From the NCBI GenBank assembly GCA_963824545.1, contig CAWGPP010000013.1, positions 38,924 to 102,923 on the forward strand: 64,000 nucleotides of DNA, in the 5' to 3' direction. A model generated the notes under the pieces. The model did not search any database and was not told the DNA's origin. It worked only from the letters and a program-made list of their open reading frames with translations. This DNA comes from an uncultured Actinomycetes bacterium. Its GTDB lineage: Bacteria > Actinomycetota > Actinomycetes > Streptosporangiales > Streptosporangiaceae. The position numbers and the translations under genes were made by a program. Below, piece by piece: positions 34,107-45,049 of this stretch. The number at the start of each line of letters is the position of its first letter. The first letter of the stretch is position 1.

Positions 34107-34964
34107 CTTTCCCCGTGTCGGCCGGTATCCCGCCGCGGCCCGCCGGGCCGTCCCGTTGCTCCGCTCCCGGCGCCGGGGCCACCGCCGCCTCGTCCAGCCG
34201 CCTGATGGCGTAGACGATCACGCTCTTGCCGATGAGCGGGTTGAGGGCGCGCTCGGCCAGCCGCGTCGCGGCGGGCTGCCGCATGATGTCCCACACCAGC
34301 ATGCGGTGGTAGGCCTTCGCCAGCGGGTGATCGTCATTGCCCACGCCGACCAGGCATTTCAGCCACCAGTAGGGCGCGTGCAAGCCGTGCGCGTGATGGT
34401 GGCCGGTGATCGCGAAACCGGCCCGGCGCAGCTTGGCCTCCAGCTCCACCCGGGTGTAGATGCGTACGTGACCGCCCGGCACCTCGTGGTACTCGCGAGA
34501 CAGGCCCCAGCAGATCCGCTCGGGCAGCCAGGCCGGCACGGTGACGGCGGCGATGCCACCGGGCTTCAGCACCCGGGCGATCTCGTTGATGGCCTGCTGG
34601 TCGTCGAGGATGTGCTCGAACACCTCGGCCGCGATGATCCGGTCGAACGACCCGTCCGCGAACGGCATCGTGGTGGCGTCGCCGGACACGGCCGCGCTGG
34701 CCGCCGCCGTGGGCACCTGGCCCTCGGCGCGCATCGCCGCGCACATGCCCGCGACCGGGCGCAGTTCCGCCTCGTCCATGTCGAAGGCCACCACGTCCGC
34801 GCCGTGCCGGTACGCCTCGAACGCGTGCCGCCCGGCACCGCAGCCCACGTCCAGGACACGGTGCCCCGGCGCGATCCGGAGCCGGCTGTAATCGACGGTC
34901 AGCAAGGTTTCGTTCCTCCCGGCACCTGGTGGGCGTGACGCTGTGAGCGAGTGAGGCGGCGGTC

Positions 34965-36245
34965 TCAGCGCGCCCGGCGGCGGGCGGCGATGGCCCGTTC
35001 GTACCGGGCGGCGGTGGCCTGGGCGACCGCGGGCCACGCGAACTGCTCCTGCACCCGCCGCCAGGCCAGGCCGGACAGGCGGTCGCGTTCGCGTGGCGAA
35101 TCATGCAGCCGCCGCAGCGCCGTCGCCAGTTCCTCCGGGTCGCCCGGCGTCACCAGCACGGCGGCGTCCCCGGTGACCTCGGGCAGCGCGCCCGCGCGGC
35201 TGGCCACCAGCGGCGTGCCCGAGGCCATGTGCTCGACCGCCGGCAGCGAGAAGCCCTCGTACAGCGAAGGCACGACGGCGATCTCCGCGCTGGCCAGCAG
35301 CGCGGCCAGGTCGGCTTCTGGCAGGCCGGGGGTGAACCGGACCCGGTCGGCCAGCGAGAGCTCGGCGACCAGCCGCTCGGTCTCCCCGCGCGGGGCCGGC
35401 TTGCCGACCACCGTGAGGTGCACGTCGCGCTCGGTCGCGACCTTGGCGACGGCGCGGAGCAGCACGGCCACCCCCTTGACGGGGGAGTCGGCGCTGGCCA
35501 CGGTGACGATCCGGCCAGGAACGCGCGCGGTCGCGCGGGGCCCGCGGGGACGGAAGACGCGCGTGTCGACGCCGAGCGGGATGATGTCCACGCTCCCGGG
35601 GCGCAGCCCGAAGTCACGGTAGATGTCGCAGCGGGACGATTCGGAGACGGTGATGACCGGCCCGGCCTTGGCGGCCTGCCGCGCGACCCGGGCCTGCATC
35701 CGGACAAAGCTGTACCAGCGGCGCCGGGACAGCCGGGCCAGCCCCCGGGTGGCAGCCAGTTCGATCCGCCGGTCTACGCTGATCGGATGGTGGATGCTGG
35801 TGACCAGCGGCAGCCCCAGGCGGGGCACGCCGAGCAGCCCGTAGCCAAGCCCCTGGTTGTCGTGCACCACGTCGAAGCTGGCGCGCCGGGCGCGCAGTTC
35901 CCGCAGGGCACGCAGGCTGAACGTGAGCGGCTCGGGGAAGGCCCCCGTCCACATGGAGACGGTTTCCAGTACATCGATCCAGTCCCGGTACTCGTCCCGG
36001 CGCGGAGTGCGGAACGGATCCTCGTCCCGGTACAGGTCCAGGCTGGGCACCGGCCGCAGCGCCGGCCCCGGCTCCAGCTCCGGGTAGGGCTGCCCGGACA
36101 GCACCTCGACGGTATGCCCGAGCGCCGCGAGTTCCCTGCTCAGGTGGCGGACGTACACGCCCTGGCCGCCGCAGTGCGCCTTGCTGCGGTAGGACAGCAG
36201 TGCTACCCGGAGCGGGCGGCTCACGATGGTCACGCGGTTCACCAT
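34965..36245 (-). CDS. GT-B fold glycosyltransferase (GT4-like)
   Basis: 426 aa with motif EGFSLPAVEHMASGTPLVASRAGALPEV. Confidence 0.85.
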   Translation of the reverse strand: MVNRVTIVSRPLRVALLSYRSKAHCGGQGVYVRHLSRELAALGHTVEVLSGQPYPELEPGPALRPVPSLDLYRDEDPFRTPRRDEYRDWIDVLETVSMWTGAFPEPLTFSLRALRELRARRASFDVVHDNQGLGYGLLGVPRLGLPLVTSIHHPISVDRRIELAATRGLARLSRRRWYSFVRMQARVARQAAKAGPVITVSESSRCDIYRDFGLRPGSVDIIPLGVDTRVFRPRGPRATARVPGRIVTVASADSPVKGVAVLLRAVAKVATERDVHLTVVGKPAPRGETERLVAELSLADRVRFTPGLPEADLAALLASAEIAVVPSLYEGFSLPAVEHMASGTPLVASRAGALPEVTGDAAVLVTPGDPEELATALRRLHDSPRERDRLSGLAWRRVQEQFAWPAVAQATAARYERAIAARRRAR

Positions 36246-36309
36246 CCTCGTCCGCTCTGCCTGCGCACCTGAGGTCCTAGGCTGCGAACCTTACCATCGA
36301 GTAGTGGCA

Positions 36310-37023
36310 ATGCGGATGCGGAAACTGGGGCGCGTGATCCGCCGCCGGTACCTGACGGCGTCGGTCTTCCTGGCCGCTTTTCTGGCCGTCACGGCCATCG
36401 ACGCGGTCCTGCCGTCCCGCGACCGGCAGGCCCTGGCCGCCTGGGCGAGTACCAGCGTGGCGAACCTCGAACACCATCCGGTCGCCTCGCTGGTGCTGTC
36501 GGCCTTCATCGCCGGTGGTTCCGCCGCCATCTGGCCGGTGCTGATCGCGCTGGCCCTGTTCGGCGCCAACCGCGCGCTGGGCAGCGTGCGGGCCGCGGTG
36601 ATCTTTGCCGCCGCGCACGTGATCGGCACCCTCGTCAGCGAGGGCATCGTCGCCTACCGGGTGGACGCGGGGCTGCTCCCGGTGTCCTCCCGGCACCTGC
36701 TCGACGTCGGCCCCTCCTACGTCGTGGTGGCGGCGGCGGTCGTGGCGGTGGCGTCCGGCTCCTGGCCGGCCCGGGGAGCGGCGGCGCTGGACTTGGCTGT
36801 GCTGGTCATCGGCGGGCGGATTTTCGCCGGCCTCAGCTCGCTGGACGTGGCGGCGGTCGGTCACGTCACCGCGATGGCCGTCGCGGCCTGCGCGGTGCTC
36901 CTGCTGCGCGTGCGCGCGGCCCGGCGCGCCCGGCGGGCGGCGGCGGATCCGCCCAGCCCCCGCGGGATCCGGGTGCGGCGTTCTCAGCTCTGGCATGAAC
37001 CCATGCGAGAACTTACGATGTGA
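36310..37023 (+). CDS. integral membrane protein, unknown function
   Basis: Start at MRMRKLGRV, then about 6 TM helices and a basic tail. Confidence 0.6.
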   Translation: MRMRKLGRVIRRRYLTASVFLAAFLAVTAIDAVLPSRDRQALAAWASTSVANLEHHPVASLVLSAFIAGGSAAIWPVLIALALFGANRALGSVRAAVIFAAAHVIGTLVSEGIVAYRVDAGLLPVSSRHLLDVGPSYVVVAAAVVAVASGSWPARGAAALDLAVLVIGGRIFAGLSSLDVAAVGHVTAMAVAACAVLLLRVRAARRARRAAADPPSPRGIRVRRSQLWHEPMRELTM

Positions 37024-37059
37024 ATCAGTCTGTACACGTCGGTCAGCGAGCGAGGGACG

Positions 37060-37978
37060 ATGGAGGGCCGCGACGGCGAAAGCGTCCCTGCCGACGCTCT
37101 GCTCGGGCTGCTCGGCGGGCGCCGGCTGTCTCCCGCGCAGCGACGTATCGCCCAGTATCTGCTGGACCACATGCCCGATTCGGCCTTCCTGTCCAGCGTG
37201 CTGCTGGCCCAGCGGGCGGGGGTCAGCCAGCCGTCGGTCACCCGGTTCGCGGCCGCCCTGGGCTTTTCCGGTTATCCCGCGCTGCGCGAGGCGCTGCGCG
37301 CGATCGCGCTGGGGCTGCCGGTCTCTCACGCTCCCGGCGAACCAGGCGCGGCCGCCGTCACCGCGGGCCCAGGCGGCCGCCCGGCCGGGGATGCTCCGGG
37401 TAACGAGATGCAGGCTGCGGTGGCCGCCGAGATCGTCCATCTCCGCACGCTGCACGAGGGGCTGGCCGATACCCGGGCCGTCGCCGAACTGGGCCGCGAA
37501 CTGGCCGCCTCGGCGCCGCTGGCCGTGCTTGGCCACCGCCTGTCCGCGCCGCTGGCCCAGTATTTCGCGTACGCGGCCCGGCGGATTCCACCCCGATGTG
37601 CGCTGCCTCAGCTTCGGCGGCAGCGTCGTCTTTGACGCCCTGCTGCACGTGAGCGAGGCGGGCGGTCGCTGGCTGGTCGCGGTCGCCCTGCCCAGGTACC
37701 CGGCCGAGACGGTGCAGGCCCTCCGTTTCGCGCGGAGCCTCGGCATGCGCACCGCCGTCATCACCGACGTGCGTTTCGTGCCGTTCGCCGGCGACGCCGA
37801 CGTCCTGCTGACCGCCGGGGTGGGCACCGGCCTGGTCTTCGACCCGCACGCGGCACCGGCCGTGCTGGCCGCGGTGATCATCCAGGCCATGGCCGACGCG
37901 GAGCCCGCCCGGGCGCGGGCCCGGCTGCGTCATTACGAGCAGATGTCCGCCGGGCAGGGCGTCTTCCTGGACCGCTGA
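37060..37978 (+). pseudogene. MurR/RpiR family regulator with a +1 frameshift between HTH and SIS domains
   Basis: Frame 1 encodes the HTH_6 part up to ...YFAYAARRI. The SIS part HPDVRCLSFGGSVVFDAL...VITD continues in the next frame from 37589. There is one extra C in attCcacccc at about 37588. Confidence 0.75.
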
Positions 37979-38198
37979 CCGGCCCTGCCGTGGCTGTCCC
38001 GCTGGCATGGCGGCCCCTCCCGCACGTAACAAGTTCGCATACTCCGCAGGCCGTCGTCTTGACACCCTCTTCAGGGGTCAAGAGCATGAAGAGAACTATT
38101 CACCCCTGCCGTCCAGGTGAATCCTCGCTCGAGGTGGGCAGACGCCGAGGATAGATCACCGGTACGGACCTTCCGCCGACGACGAGCGAGGCCACGCT

Positions 38199-39344
38199 TT
38201 GATCACCTTCGAGAGCGTGACGAAGCGTTATCCCGGCGGAACGATCGCGGTTGACGCGCTGGACCTGGAGATCCCGGACGGGAAGACGATGGTCCTGGTC
38301 GGGCCCAGCGGCTGCGGCAAGACGACCACGCTGCGGATGATCAACCGGCTGATCGACCCGTCCGAGGGGCGGATTCTGCTGGACGGCAAGGACATCGCGC
38401 AGACCGAGGCGTCCCAGCTGCGGCGCGGGATCGGCTACGTGATCCAGCAGACCGGCCTGTTCCCGCACCGCACGATCGAGGACAACATCGCGACCGTGCC
38501 GCTGCTCAACGGGTGGCACAAGGCCAAGGCCCGCGACCGGGCCCGGGAGCTGATGGACCTGGTCGGCCTGGATCCGGCGATGGCGCGCCGCTACCCGTAC
38601 CAGCTGTCCGGCGGCCAGCAGCAGCGGGTCGGAGTGGCCCGCGCGCTCGCCGCCGACCCGCCCGTCCTGCTCATGGACGAGCCGTTCAGCGCGGTCGACC
38701 CGATTGTCCGGGGCACGCTGCAGGATGAGCTCATCCGGCTGCAGGGGGAACTGCACAAGACAGTGGTGCTCGTCACGCACGACGTGGAGGAGGCGATCAA
38801 GGTCGGGGACCAGGTCGCCGTCTTCTATCCGCACGGGAAGATCGCCCAGATCGATACGCCGGAGCACCTGCTCGGGGCCCCGGCCGACGACTACGTGGCG
38901 AGCTTCCTCGGCTTCGACCGCGGCATCCGCCGGCTGGCCTTCTTCCCCGCGGCCGGGCTCGACCTCGGGACCGGGACCGTGCTCGGTGACGACACCACGA
39001 TCGAGCAGGCCCGCCAGGCCGCCAAGCGGGCGGGTGAGTCGTGGGTGCTGGTCACCGACGCCGAACGGCAGCCGCGCGGCTGGGCCGCGCTGGCGGAGCT
39101 CGAATCCCGCGACGGGAACGAGACGCTCGGCCAGCTGACGCTGGCTCCCTACGGTCACACCTTCCGGGTGGGCCAGGACTCGCTGCGCGCGGCGCTGGAC
39201 GCGACCGTGCTGTCGCGCACCGGGCTCGCCGTCGGTGTCGACGCTGCGGGCCACGTCGTCGGGGTCACGTCCTACGAACGGCTGCGGGCCGCGATCCAGG
39301 CCGCTGAGGAGGCCGCCGACCGCGAAGGCGCCCGGACCTCATGA
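38199..39344 (+). CDS. osmoprotectant (glycine betaine/choline-type) ABC transporter ATP-binding protein
   Basis: Walker A GPSGCGKTT, signature LSGGQQQRV, Walker B LLMDEPFSAVD, and a C-terminal CBS-like extension. Confidence 0.85.
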   Translation: MITFESVTKRYPGGTIAVDALDLEIPDGKTMVLVGPSGCGKTTTLRMINRLIDPSEGRILLDGKDIAQTEASQLRRGIGYVIQQTGLFPHRTIEDNIATVPLLNGWHKAKARDRARELMDLVGLDPAMARRYPYQLSGGQQQRVGVARALAADPPVLLMDEPFSAVDPIVRGTLQDELIRLQGELHKTVVLVTHDVEEAIKVGDQVAVFYPHGKIAQIDTPEHLLGAPADDYVASFLGFDRGIRRLAFFPAAGLDLGTGTVLGDDTTIEQARQAAKRAGESWVLVTDAERQPRGWAALAELESRDGNETLGQLTLAPYGHTFRVGQDSLRAALDATVLSRTGLAVGVDAAGHVVGVTSYERLRAAIQAAEEAADREGARTS

Positions 39345-40036
39345 GCTGGGCCTGGGCGAATCGCGACCAGCTCGCGCACCTGCTGGTCTCGCACTTGTAC
39401 CTGGCCTTGATGCCGGTCCTGTTCGGCATCGTCGTGTCCATCCCGGTCGGCATCATGTGCGTGCGCTACCGCTGGACCTGGCCGCCCATTTTGAGCCTGA
39501 CCAGCATTTTCTACGCGTTGCCCTCGCTGGCCCTGTTTCTCGTCCTGATTGACTACACCGGCCTGACCGACTGGACGGTGATCATCCCGCTCACCCTGTT
39601 CTCGCTGTCGGTGCTGATCCCGAGCGTGGTGGACGGCCTCCGGTCGGTGCCGCAGCCGGTACGCCAGGCCGCGACCGCGATGGGCTTCGGCACGCTGCGC
39701 CTGACCGTGCAGGTCGAGCTGCCGCTCGCCATCCCGATCATCATCGCGGGCCTGCGGGTCGCCACCGTATCCAGCATCAGCCTGGTCAGCGTCGGCCAGC
39801 TGATCGGCATCGGCGGCCTCGGGCTACTTCTTCACCGACGGGTTGAGCAGCGCGACTTCCCGACCGAGATCTACGTCGCCCTGATCCTCATCGTTATCCT
39901 GGCCTTTCTCGCCGACGGGCTCCTGGTGCTGGCCCGCCGGTGGCTGACCCCATGGGAGAGAGCCCGCAGCGCACGCGACCGGCGGCGCGTTTTTTCCGCC
40001 GCCTGGCACGGTTCCCGCGCCGAGGGATCCATGTGA
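39341..40036 (+). CDS. osmoprotectant ABC transporter permease
   Basis: 231 aa BPD-type permease. ATGA overlap with the ATPase gene. Confidence 0.8.
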   Translation: MSWAWANRDQLAHLLVSHLYLALMPVLFGIVVSIPVGIMCVRYRWTWPPILSLTSIFYALPSLALFLVLIDYTGLTDWTVIIPLTLFSLSVLIPSVVDGLRSVPQPVRQAATAMGFGTLRLTVQVELPLAIPIIIAGLRVATVSSISLVSVGQLIGIGGLGLLLHRRVEQRDFPTEIYVALILIVILAFLADGLLVLARRWLTPWERARSARDRRRVFSAAWHGSRAEGSM

Positions 40037-40710
40037 GCTACTTCAGCATCGCCTGGCAATGGCTCGTCTCGGCCCAGCAGTGGCACGGCGGCAACGGCAT
40101 ACCCGTGCGGCTCGCGCAGCACCTGGCGTACACCGGCATCGCGCTGGGCATCGCCATCGTCATCGCGCTGCCCGCCGGGCTGGCCATGGGCCACCTGCGG
40201 CGCGGCGGCTTCGTCGTGGTCACGCTGGCCAACTTCGGCCGCGCGCTGCCCACCCTCGGCCTGCTGGTGCTGATCTTCGTGCTGACCTCCGGGTCGCCCG
40301 CCTCCTGGCTGGTCCCGCTGACGTTCCTGGCCATCCCGCCCATCCTGGTGAACACCTATGAGGGAGTGCTCGGGGTGGACGCTGATCTGACCGACGCGGC
40401 CCGCGGGATGGGCATGACCGAATGGCAGATCCTGCGCAAAGTCGAGATGCCGGTCGCGACGCCGCTCATCCTGCTCGGCCTGCGCATCTCCGCGATCCAG
40501 GTCGTCGCGACGGCCACGATCGCGGCCTACATCGGGCTCGGCGGTCTGGGCCGTTACATCATCGACGGCCTGGACCGCAGCGAATACAACGTGGTGGCCG
40601 GGGGAGCCGCCGTGATCGTCCTGCTCGCGCTCGCCATCCAGGCGCTCTTCATGCTGCTGCGATGGCTGATCGTCCCGGTGGGCCTGCGCCGCCAGGCGCA
40701 GGCCTCCTGA
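40033..40710 (+). CDS. osmoprotectant ABC transporter permease
   Basis: GTG 40033 overlaps the previous stop (GTGA). Multi-TM. Confidence 0.8.
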   Translation: MSYFSIAWQWLVSAQQWHGGNGIPVRLAQHLAYTGIALGIAIVIALPAGLAMGHLRRGGFVVVTLANFGRALPTLGLLVLIFVLTSGSPASWLVPLTFLAIPPILVNTYEGVLGVDADLTDAARGMGMTEWQILRKVEMPVATPLILLGLRISAIQVVATATIAAYIGLGGLGRYIIDGLDRSEYNVVAGGAAVIVLLALAIQALFMLLRWLIVPVGLRRQAQAS

Positions 40711-40748
40711 TAACGTCTTTTCCGATCTGAATTGAAGGGAAGACCCTT

Positions 40749-41720
40749 ATGCCTACCATGTCACCGCGCCGCGCCCGGCCGGGCGCGCCGAGCAGGAGAA
40801 CCGCCGCGGCCGGCACCGCCGCCGTCGCCGCCGCCTGCCTGGCCGTCGCCGCGTGCAGCAGCAGCGGCAGCAGCAAGCCCGCTTCCTCGTCCAACCCGCT
40901 CGCGCCGGCCGCCACCGGCGCCGTCGTCGTGGGCTCGGCGAACTTCCCGGAATCTGAGCTGCTCGGCCAGATCTACGCCGACGCGCTGCAAGGCAAGGGC
41001 GTCAAGGTCACGACCAAGTTCAACATCGGCACCCGCGAGGTCTACTACCCCGAGGTGGTCAAGGGCGCGATCACGGTCATGCCCGAGTACAACGGCGCCC
41101 TGCTGACCACGTCGGTGGACCCGAAGAGCACCGCGGCCAGCACCGAGGCGGTCAACGCGGAGCTGAAGGCCAAGCTGCCCAGCTCGGTGGAGATCCTCAG
41201 CTCTTCGTCCGCGCAGGACAAGGACTCGGTCACGGTCACCCAGGCGACCGCGACCAAGTACCACTTGACGTCGATCGCCGACCTGGCCCCGGTGGCGAAG
41301 GACTTCGTCTTCGGCGGGCCGCCGGAGTTCAAGACCCGCGCCGACGGCATCCCCGGGCTGCAGAAGAACTACGGCCTGACCTTCAAGTCCTTCAGCCCGC
41401 TGGACACGTCCGGCCCGATCACGATCACCGCGCTGCAGAGCGGGAAGGTCCAGGCGGCCGACGTGTTCACCACCACGCCGCAGATCGTCACCGACCACTT
41501 CGTCTCGCTCGCCGACCCGAAGAACAACTTCGCGGCGCAGAACGTGACGCCGCTCGTCTACACGAAGGGCGTGAACTCCACCATCGTCAGCACGCTGAAC
41601 GCGGTGTCCGCCGCGCTGACCACGGAAGCGCTGCTGCAGATGGACAAGGCCCTGACCATCGACCACGCCAGCTACACCCAGGTGGCCAGCGGCTTCCTCT
41701 CCCAGGAGGGCCTGAAGTAA
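40749..41720 (+). CDS. glycine betaine-type ABC substrate-binding lipoprotein
   Basis: 323 aa with lipobox LAVAAC and an OpuAC-like body (FPESELLGQIYA). Confidence 0.8.
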   Translation: MPTMSPRRARPGAPSRRTAAAGTAAVAAACLAVAACSSSGSSKPASSSNPLAPAATGAVVVGSANFPESELLGQIYADALQGKGVKVTTKFNIGTREVYYPEVVKGAITVMPEYNGALLTTSVDPKSTAASTEAVNAELKAKLPSSVEILSSSSAQDKDSVTVTQATATKYHLTSIADLAPVAKDFVFGGPPEFKTRADGIPGLQKNYGLTFKSFSPLDTSGPITITALQSGKVQAADVFTTTPQIVTDHFVSLADPKNNFAAQNVTPLVYTKGVNSTIVSTLNAVSAALTTEALLQMDKALTIDHASYTQVASGFLSQEGLK

Positions 41721-41782
41721 CGCGCCGAAACCAGATACCGGCGTGACGGTACGCGCCTGGCCCAGGCGGGCAATGATGGATC

Positions 41783-43474
41783 ATGCACACTGAATCGTCT
41801 GGGCCAGGAGCGGGCCCGCGCGCGGTCCGCGCCCCGCGCGGGACGGCGCTCTGCTGTCAGGGATGGCCGCAGGAGGCCGCCATGCGGATGCTGATGAACA
41901 ACCTCGATCCCGAGGTCGCCGAGCATCCGGACCAGCTCATTGTCTACGGCGGCTCCGGCCGCGCGGCCCGCAGCTGGGCCGCCTTTGACGCCATCGTGGC
42001 GTCGCTGCAGGGCCTGGCCGGCGATGAGACCCTGCTCGTCCAGTCCGGCAAGCCGGTCGGCATCGTGCGCACCCACGAGTGGGCGCCGCGGGTGCTGATC
42101 GCCAACTCGCTGCTCGTGCCGGAGTGGGCCACCTGGGAGGAGTTCCGCCGCCTGGAAGCCCTCGGCCTGACCATGTACGGCCAGATGACCGCGGGCTCGT
42201 GGATCTACATCGGCACGCAGGGCATCCTGCAGGGCACGTACGAGACCTTCGCCGCGGTCGCGGCGAAGCGGTTCGGCGGGACCCTCGCCGGGACGATCAC
42301 CCTCACCGCCGGGCTCGGCGGGATGGGCGGCGCGCAGCCGCTCGCGGTGACCATGAACGGCGGCGTGGCCCTCTGCGTGGAATGCGATCCGAGCCGGATC
42401 AGCCGCCGTATCGAGCAGGGCTACCTGGACGAGGCCGCCGACGGCCTGGACGATGCGGTGCGCCGCGCGATCGCGGCGCGCGACGCGGGCCGGCCGCTGT
42501 CCATCGGCGTGCTCGGCAACGCGGCGGACGTCCTACCGGCGCTGCTGGAGATGGGCTTCCCGGCCGACATCGTGACCGATCAGACGTCGGCGCACGACCC
42601 GCTGACCTACCTGCCCCGCGGCGTGGCCCTGGGGGACATGGCGGCGCTGCGCGCGGAGGACCCGGCCGGGTTCACCCGGCGGGCCGAGGAGTCCATGGCG
42701 ATCCACGTCGAGGCCATGGTCGGTTTCATGGACGCCGGCGCCGAGGTTTTCGACTACGGCAACTCGATCCGCGGCGAGGCGCAGAAGGCCGGCTACCGCC
42801 GCGCCTTCGACTTCCCCGGCTTCGTGCCGGCCTACATCCGGCCGCTGTTCTGCGAGGGCAAGGGGCCGTTCCGCTGGGCCGCGCTGTCCGGCGACCCGGG
42901 GGACATCGCGGCGACCGACGCCGCGGTGCTCGACCTGTTCCCTGCCAACGAGCCGCTGGCCCGCTGGATCCGGATGGCCCAGGAGAAGGTGCACTATCAG
43001 GGGCTCCCGGCCCGGATCTGCTGGCTCGGCTACGGCGAGCGGAACCTGGCCGGGGAACGGTTCAACGATCTCGTCCGGCGCGGCGACGTCAGCGCGCCGA
43101 TCGTGCTCGGCCGCGACCATCTGGACTGCGGCTCGGTCGCCTCCCCGTACCGCGAGACCGAGAGCATGGCGGACGGCTCGGACGCGATCGCGGACTGGCC
43201 GATCCTCAACGCCCTGGTCAACACCGCGTCCGGCGCGTCGTGGGTCAGCGTGCACCACGGCGGCGGCGTCGGCATCGGCCGGTCCATCCACGCCGGCCAG
43301 GTGTGCGTGGCAGACGGCACGGACCTGGCCGCGGCCAAGCTCGAACGGGTCCTCACCAACGATCCGGGGATGGGTGTGATGAGGCACGCCGACGCGGGAT
43401 ACGAGATCGCGGAGAAGGTCGCGGCCGAGCGCGGCGTGCGCATCCCGATGGCGCCGGCGGCGCCCGCGCGATGA
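41783..43474 (+). CDS. hutU: urocanate hydratase
   Basis: 563 aa with [21 protein letters not shown] and [14 protein letters not shown]. Confidence 0.95.
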   Translation: MHTESSGPGAGPRAVRAPRGTALCCQGWPQEAAMRMLMNNLDPEVAEHPDQLIVYGGSGRAARSWAAFDAIVASLQGLAGDETLLVQSGKPVGIVRTHEWAPRVLIANSLLVPEWATWEEFRRLEALGLTMYGQMTAGSWIYIGTQGILQGTYETFAAVAAKRFGGTLAGTITLTAGLGGMGGAQPLAVTMNGGVALCVECDPSRISRRIEQGYLDEAADGLDDAVRRAIAARDAGRPLSIGVLGNAADVLPALLEMGFPADIVTDQTSAHDPLTYLPRGVALGDMAALRAEDPAGFTRRAEESMAIHVEAMVGFMDAGAEVFDYGNSIRGEAQKAGYRRAFDFPGFVPAYIRPLFCEGKGPFRWAALSGDPGDIAATDAAVLDLFPANEPLARWIRMAQEKVHYQGLPARICWLGYGERNLAGERFNDLVRRGDVSAPIVLGRDHLDCGSVASPYRETESMADGSDAIADWPILNALVNTASGASWVSVHHGGGVGIGRSIHAGQVCVADGTDLAAAKLERVLTNDPGMGVMRHADAGYEIAEKVAAERGVRIPMAPAAPAR

Positions 43475-45042
43475 AGGGACCCGGACGTGCCGGGCACGCG
43501 CCCCGCGGGCCCGCCGCCGCGGGACCGGGCCGGTCCGGCCACGGGCCGCCCGCCCCCGTCGGCGACTGGCCGCCCGGCGTGCCGGATCCCGGCCGGCTCG
43601 GCCCTGATGCCGATCCGGCCGCCGGGGGCGGTACCCGGCGCTGGCACGCGGAATTCGCCTGGCTGCCCGCCGGCGGGGTCCAGCGCGACGTGCTGATCGA
43701 GGCGGCCGGGGACCGCTTCACCGCCGTCAAGCCCGGCGTTCCACGCGACGGCCTGCCGGCCGGCACGCATACGCTCACCGGGCTGACCCTGCCCGGCCTG
43801 GCCAACGCGCACTCCCACGCGTTCCACCGGGGCCTCCGCGGCTCCGTGGAGGCCGACGAGGGCACGTTCTGGACGTGGCGGACGCGAATGTACCGGCTCG
43901 CCGCCGCGCTGGACCCGGCCAGCTACTATGCGCTGGCCCGCGCGGTGTACGCCGAGATGACGCTGGCCGGCATCACCTGCGTCGGCGAGTTCCACTACCT
44001 GCACCACGGTCCCGGCGGGGCGCCCTACGCCGACCCCAACGAGATGGGGCGGGCGCTGCTGCGGGCCGCGGCGGACGCCGGGCTGCGGATCACGCTGCTC
44101 GACACCTGCTATCTGTCGGCGGGCCTGCGCCCGGACGGCACCTCCCGGCCACTGCGGGACGTGCAGCTGCGGTTCGGTGACGGGGACGCCGCCCGGTGGG
44201 CGGCGCGGGTGGCCGGCCTGGGCGCCGACGCCCGCGGGCGGCTGAGCCCCACCGCGCGGGCGGGCGCGGCCATCCATTCGGTCCGTGCGGTCCCGCCGGG
44301 CCAGATGCACGAGGTGATGAGCTGGTCGCATGCGTACGGCGCGCCGGTTCACGCGCACCTGTCCGAGCAGCCCGCCGAGAACGAGGAGTGCCTGGCCGCG
44401 TACGGCCGCACCCCCGCCCAGGTGCTCAACGACGCGGGCGCGCTCGGCCCGCGCAGCACCGTCGTGCACGCCACGCACCTGCTGCGCGAGGACATCGACG
44501 TGCTCGGGGCGACCCAGACGTCATGCTGCCTGTGCCCGACCACCGAGGCGGACCTGGCCGACGGGATCGGGCCGGCCCGGGCCCTGGCTGCGGCGGGCTG
44601 CCCGATCAGCCTGGGCAGCGATAGTAACGCGGTGATCGACCTGCTCGCCGAGGCACGCTGGCTGGAACTGACGCAGCGGCTGGCGAGCAGGCGGCGTGTC
44701 CACTTCACCGCGGGTGAACTCGCCCGCGCCGCCACCGTGGCCGGTCACGCCTGCCTGGGCTGGCCTGGCGCCGGGGAGATCATGCCCGGTGCGCTGGCCG
44801 ACCTGGTCACGATCGGGCTGGACAGCCCGCGGCTGGCGGGTGCCGGGCTGGCCGCCGGCCCCGGCGTTGATGAGGCGGCCGCCGTCCTGGACAGCGTGGT
44901 GTTCGCCGCCACCGCGGCCGATGTCCGGCACGTGGTCGTCGGCGGGCGGGACGTGGTCCGCGACGGGCGTCACCTGCTCGTGGCCGACGTCCCGGGGGAG
45001 CTGGCCAGCTCCATCCGCTCCGTGCTGGCGGGCCCGGGGTGA
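43471..45042 (+). CDS. hutF: formimidoylglutamate deiminase (amidohydrolase superfamily)
   Basis: [15 protein letters not shown] metal-binding motif. ATGA overlap with hutU. The first ~60 aa are Pro/Gly-rich, so the true start may be further downstream. Confidence 0.75.
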   Translation: MKGPGRAGHAPRGPAAAGPGRSGHGPPAPVGDWPPGVPDPGRLGPDADPAAGGGTRRWHAEFAWLPAGGVQRDVLIEAAGDRFTAVKPGVPRDGLPAGTHTLTGLTLPGLANAHSHAFHRGLRGSVEADEGTFWTWRTRMYRLAAALDPASYYALARAVYAEMTLAGITCVGEFHYLHHGPGGAPYADPNEMGRALLRAAADAGLRITLLDTCYLSAGLRPDGTSRPLRDVQLRFGDGDAARWAARVAGLGADARGRLSPTARAGAAIHSVRAVPPGQMHEVMSWSHAYGAPVHAHLSEQPAENEECLAAYGRTPAQVLNDAGALGPRSTVVHATHLLREDIDVLGATQTSCCLCPTTEADLADGIGPARALAAAGCPISLGSDSNAVIDLLAEARWLELTQRLASRRRVHFTAGELARAATVAGHACLGWPGAGEIMPGALADLVTIGLDSPRLAGAGLAAGPGVDEAAAVLDSVVFAATAADVRHVVVGGRDVVRDGRHLLVADVPGELASSIRSVLAGPG

Positions 45043-45049
45043 CCGGCGG

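Noticed and set aside
38059-38087. A complete sigma70 promoter built on the perfect TTGACA at 38059.
   Set aside because: No TAnnnT -10 hexamer lies at 16-19 nt spacing, so only the palindrome is reported.
42079-43470. The upstream 460 codons of the 987-aa ORF 42079..45042.
   Set aside because: This part lies in an alternative frame of hutU and is Arg/Gly/Pro-rich. Only the part after the ATGA junction at 43471 resembles formimidoylglutamate deiminase.
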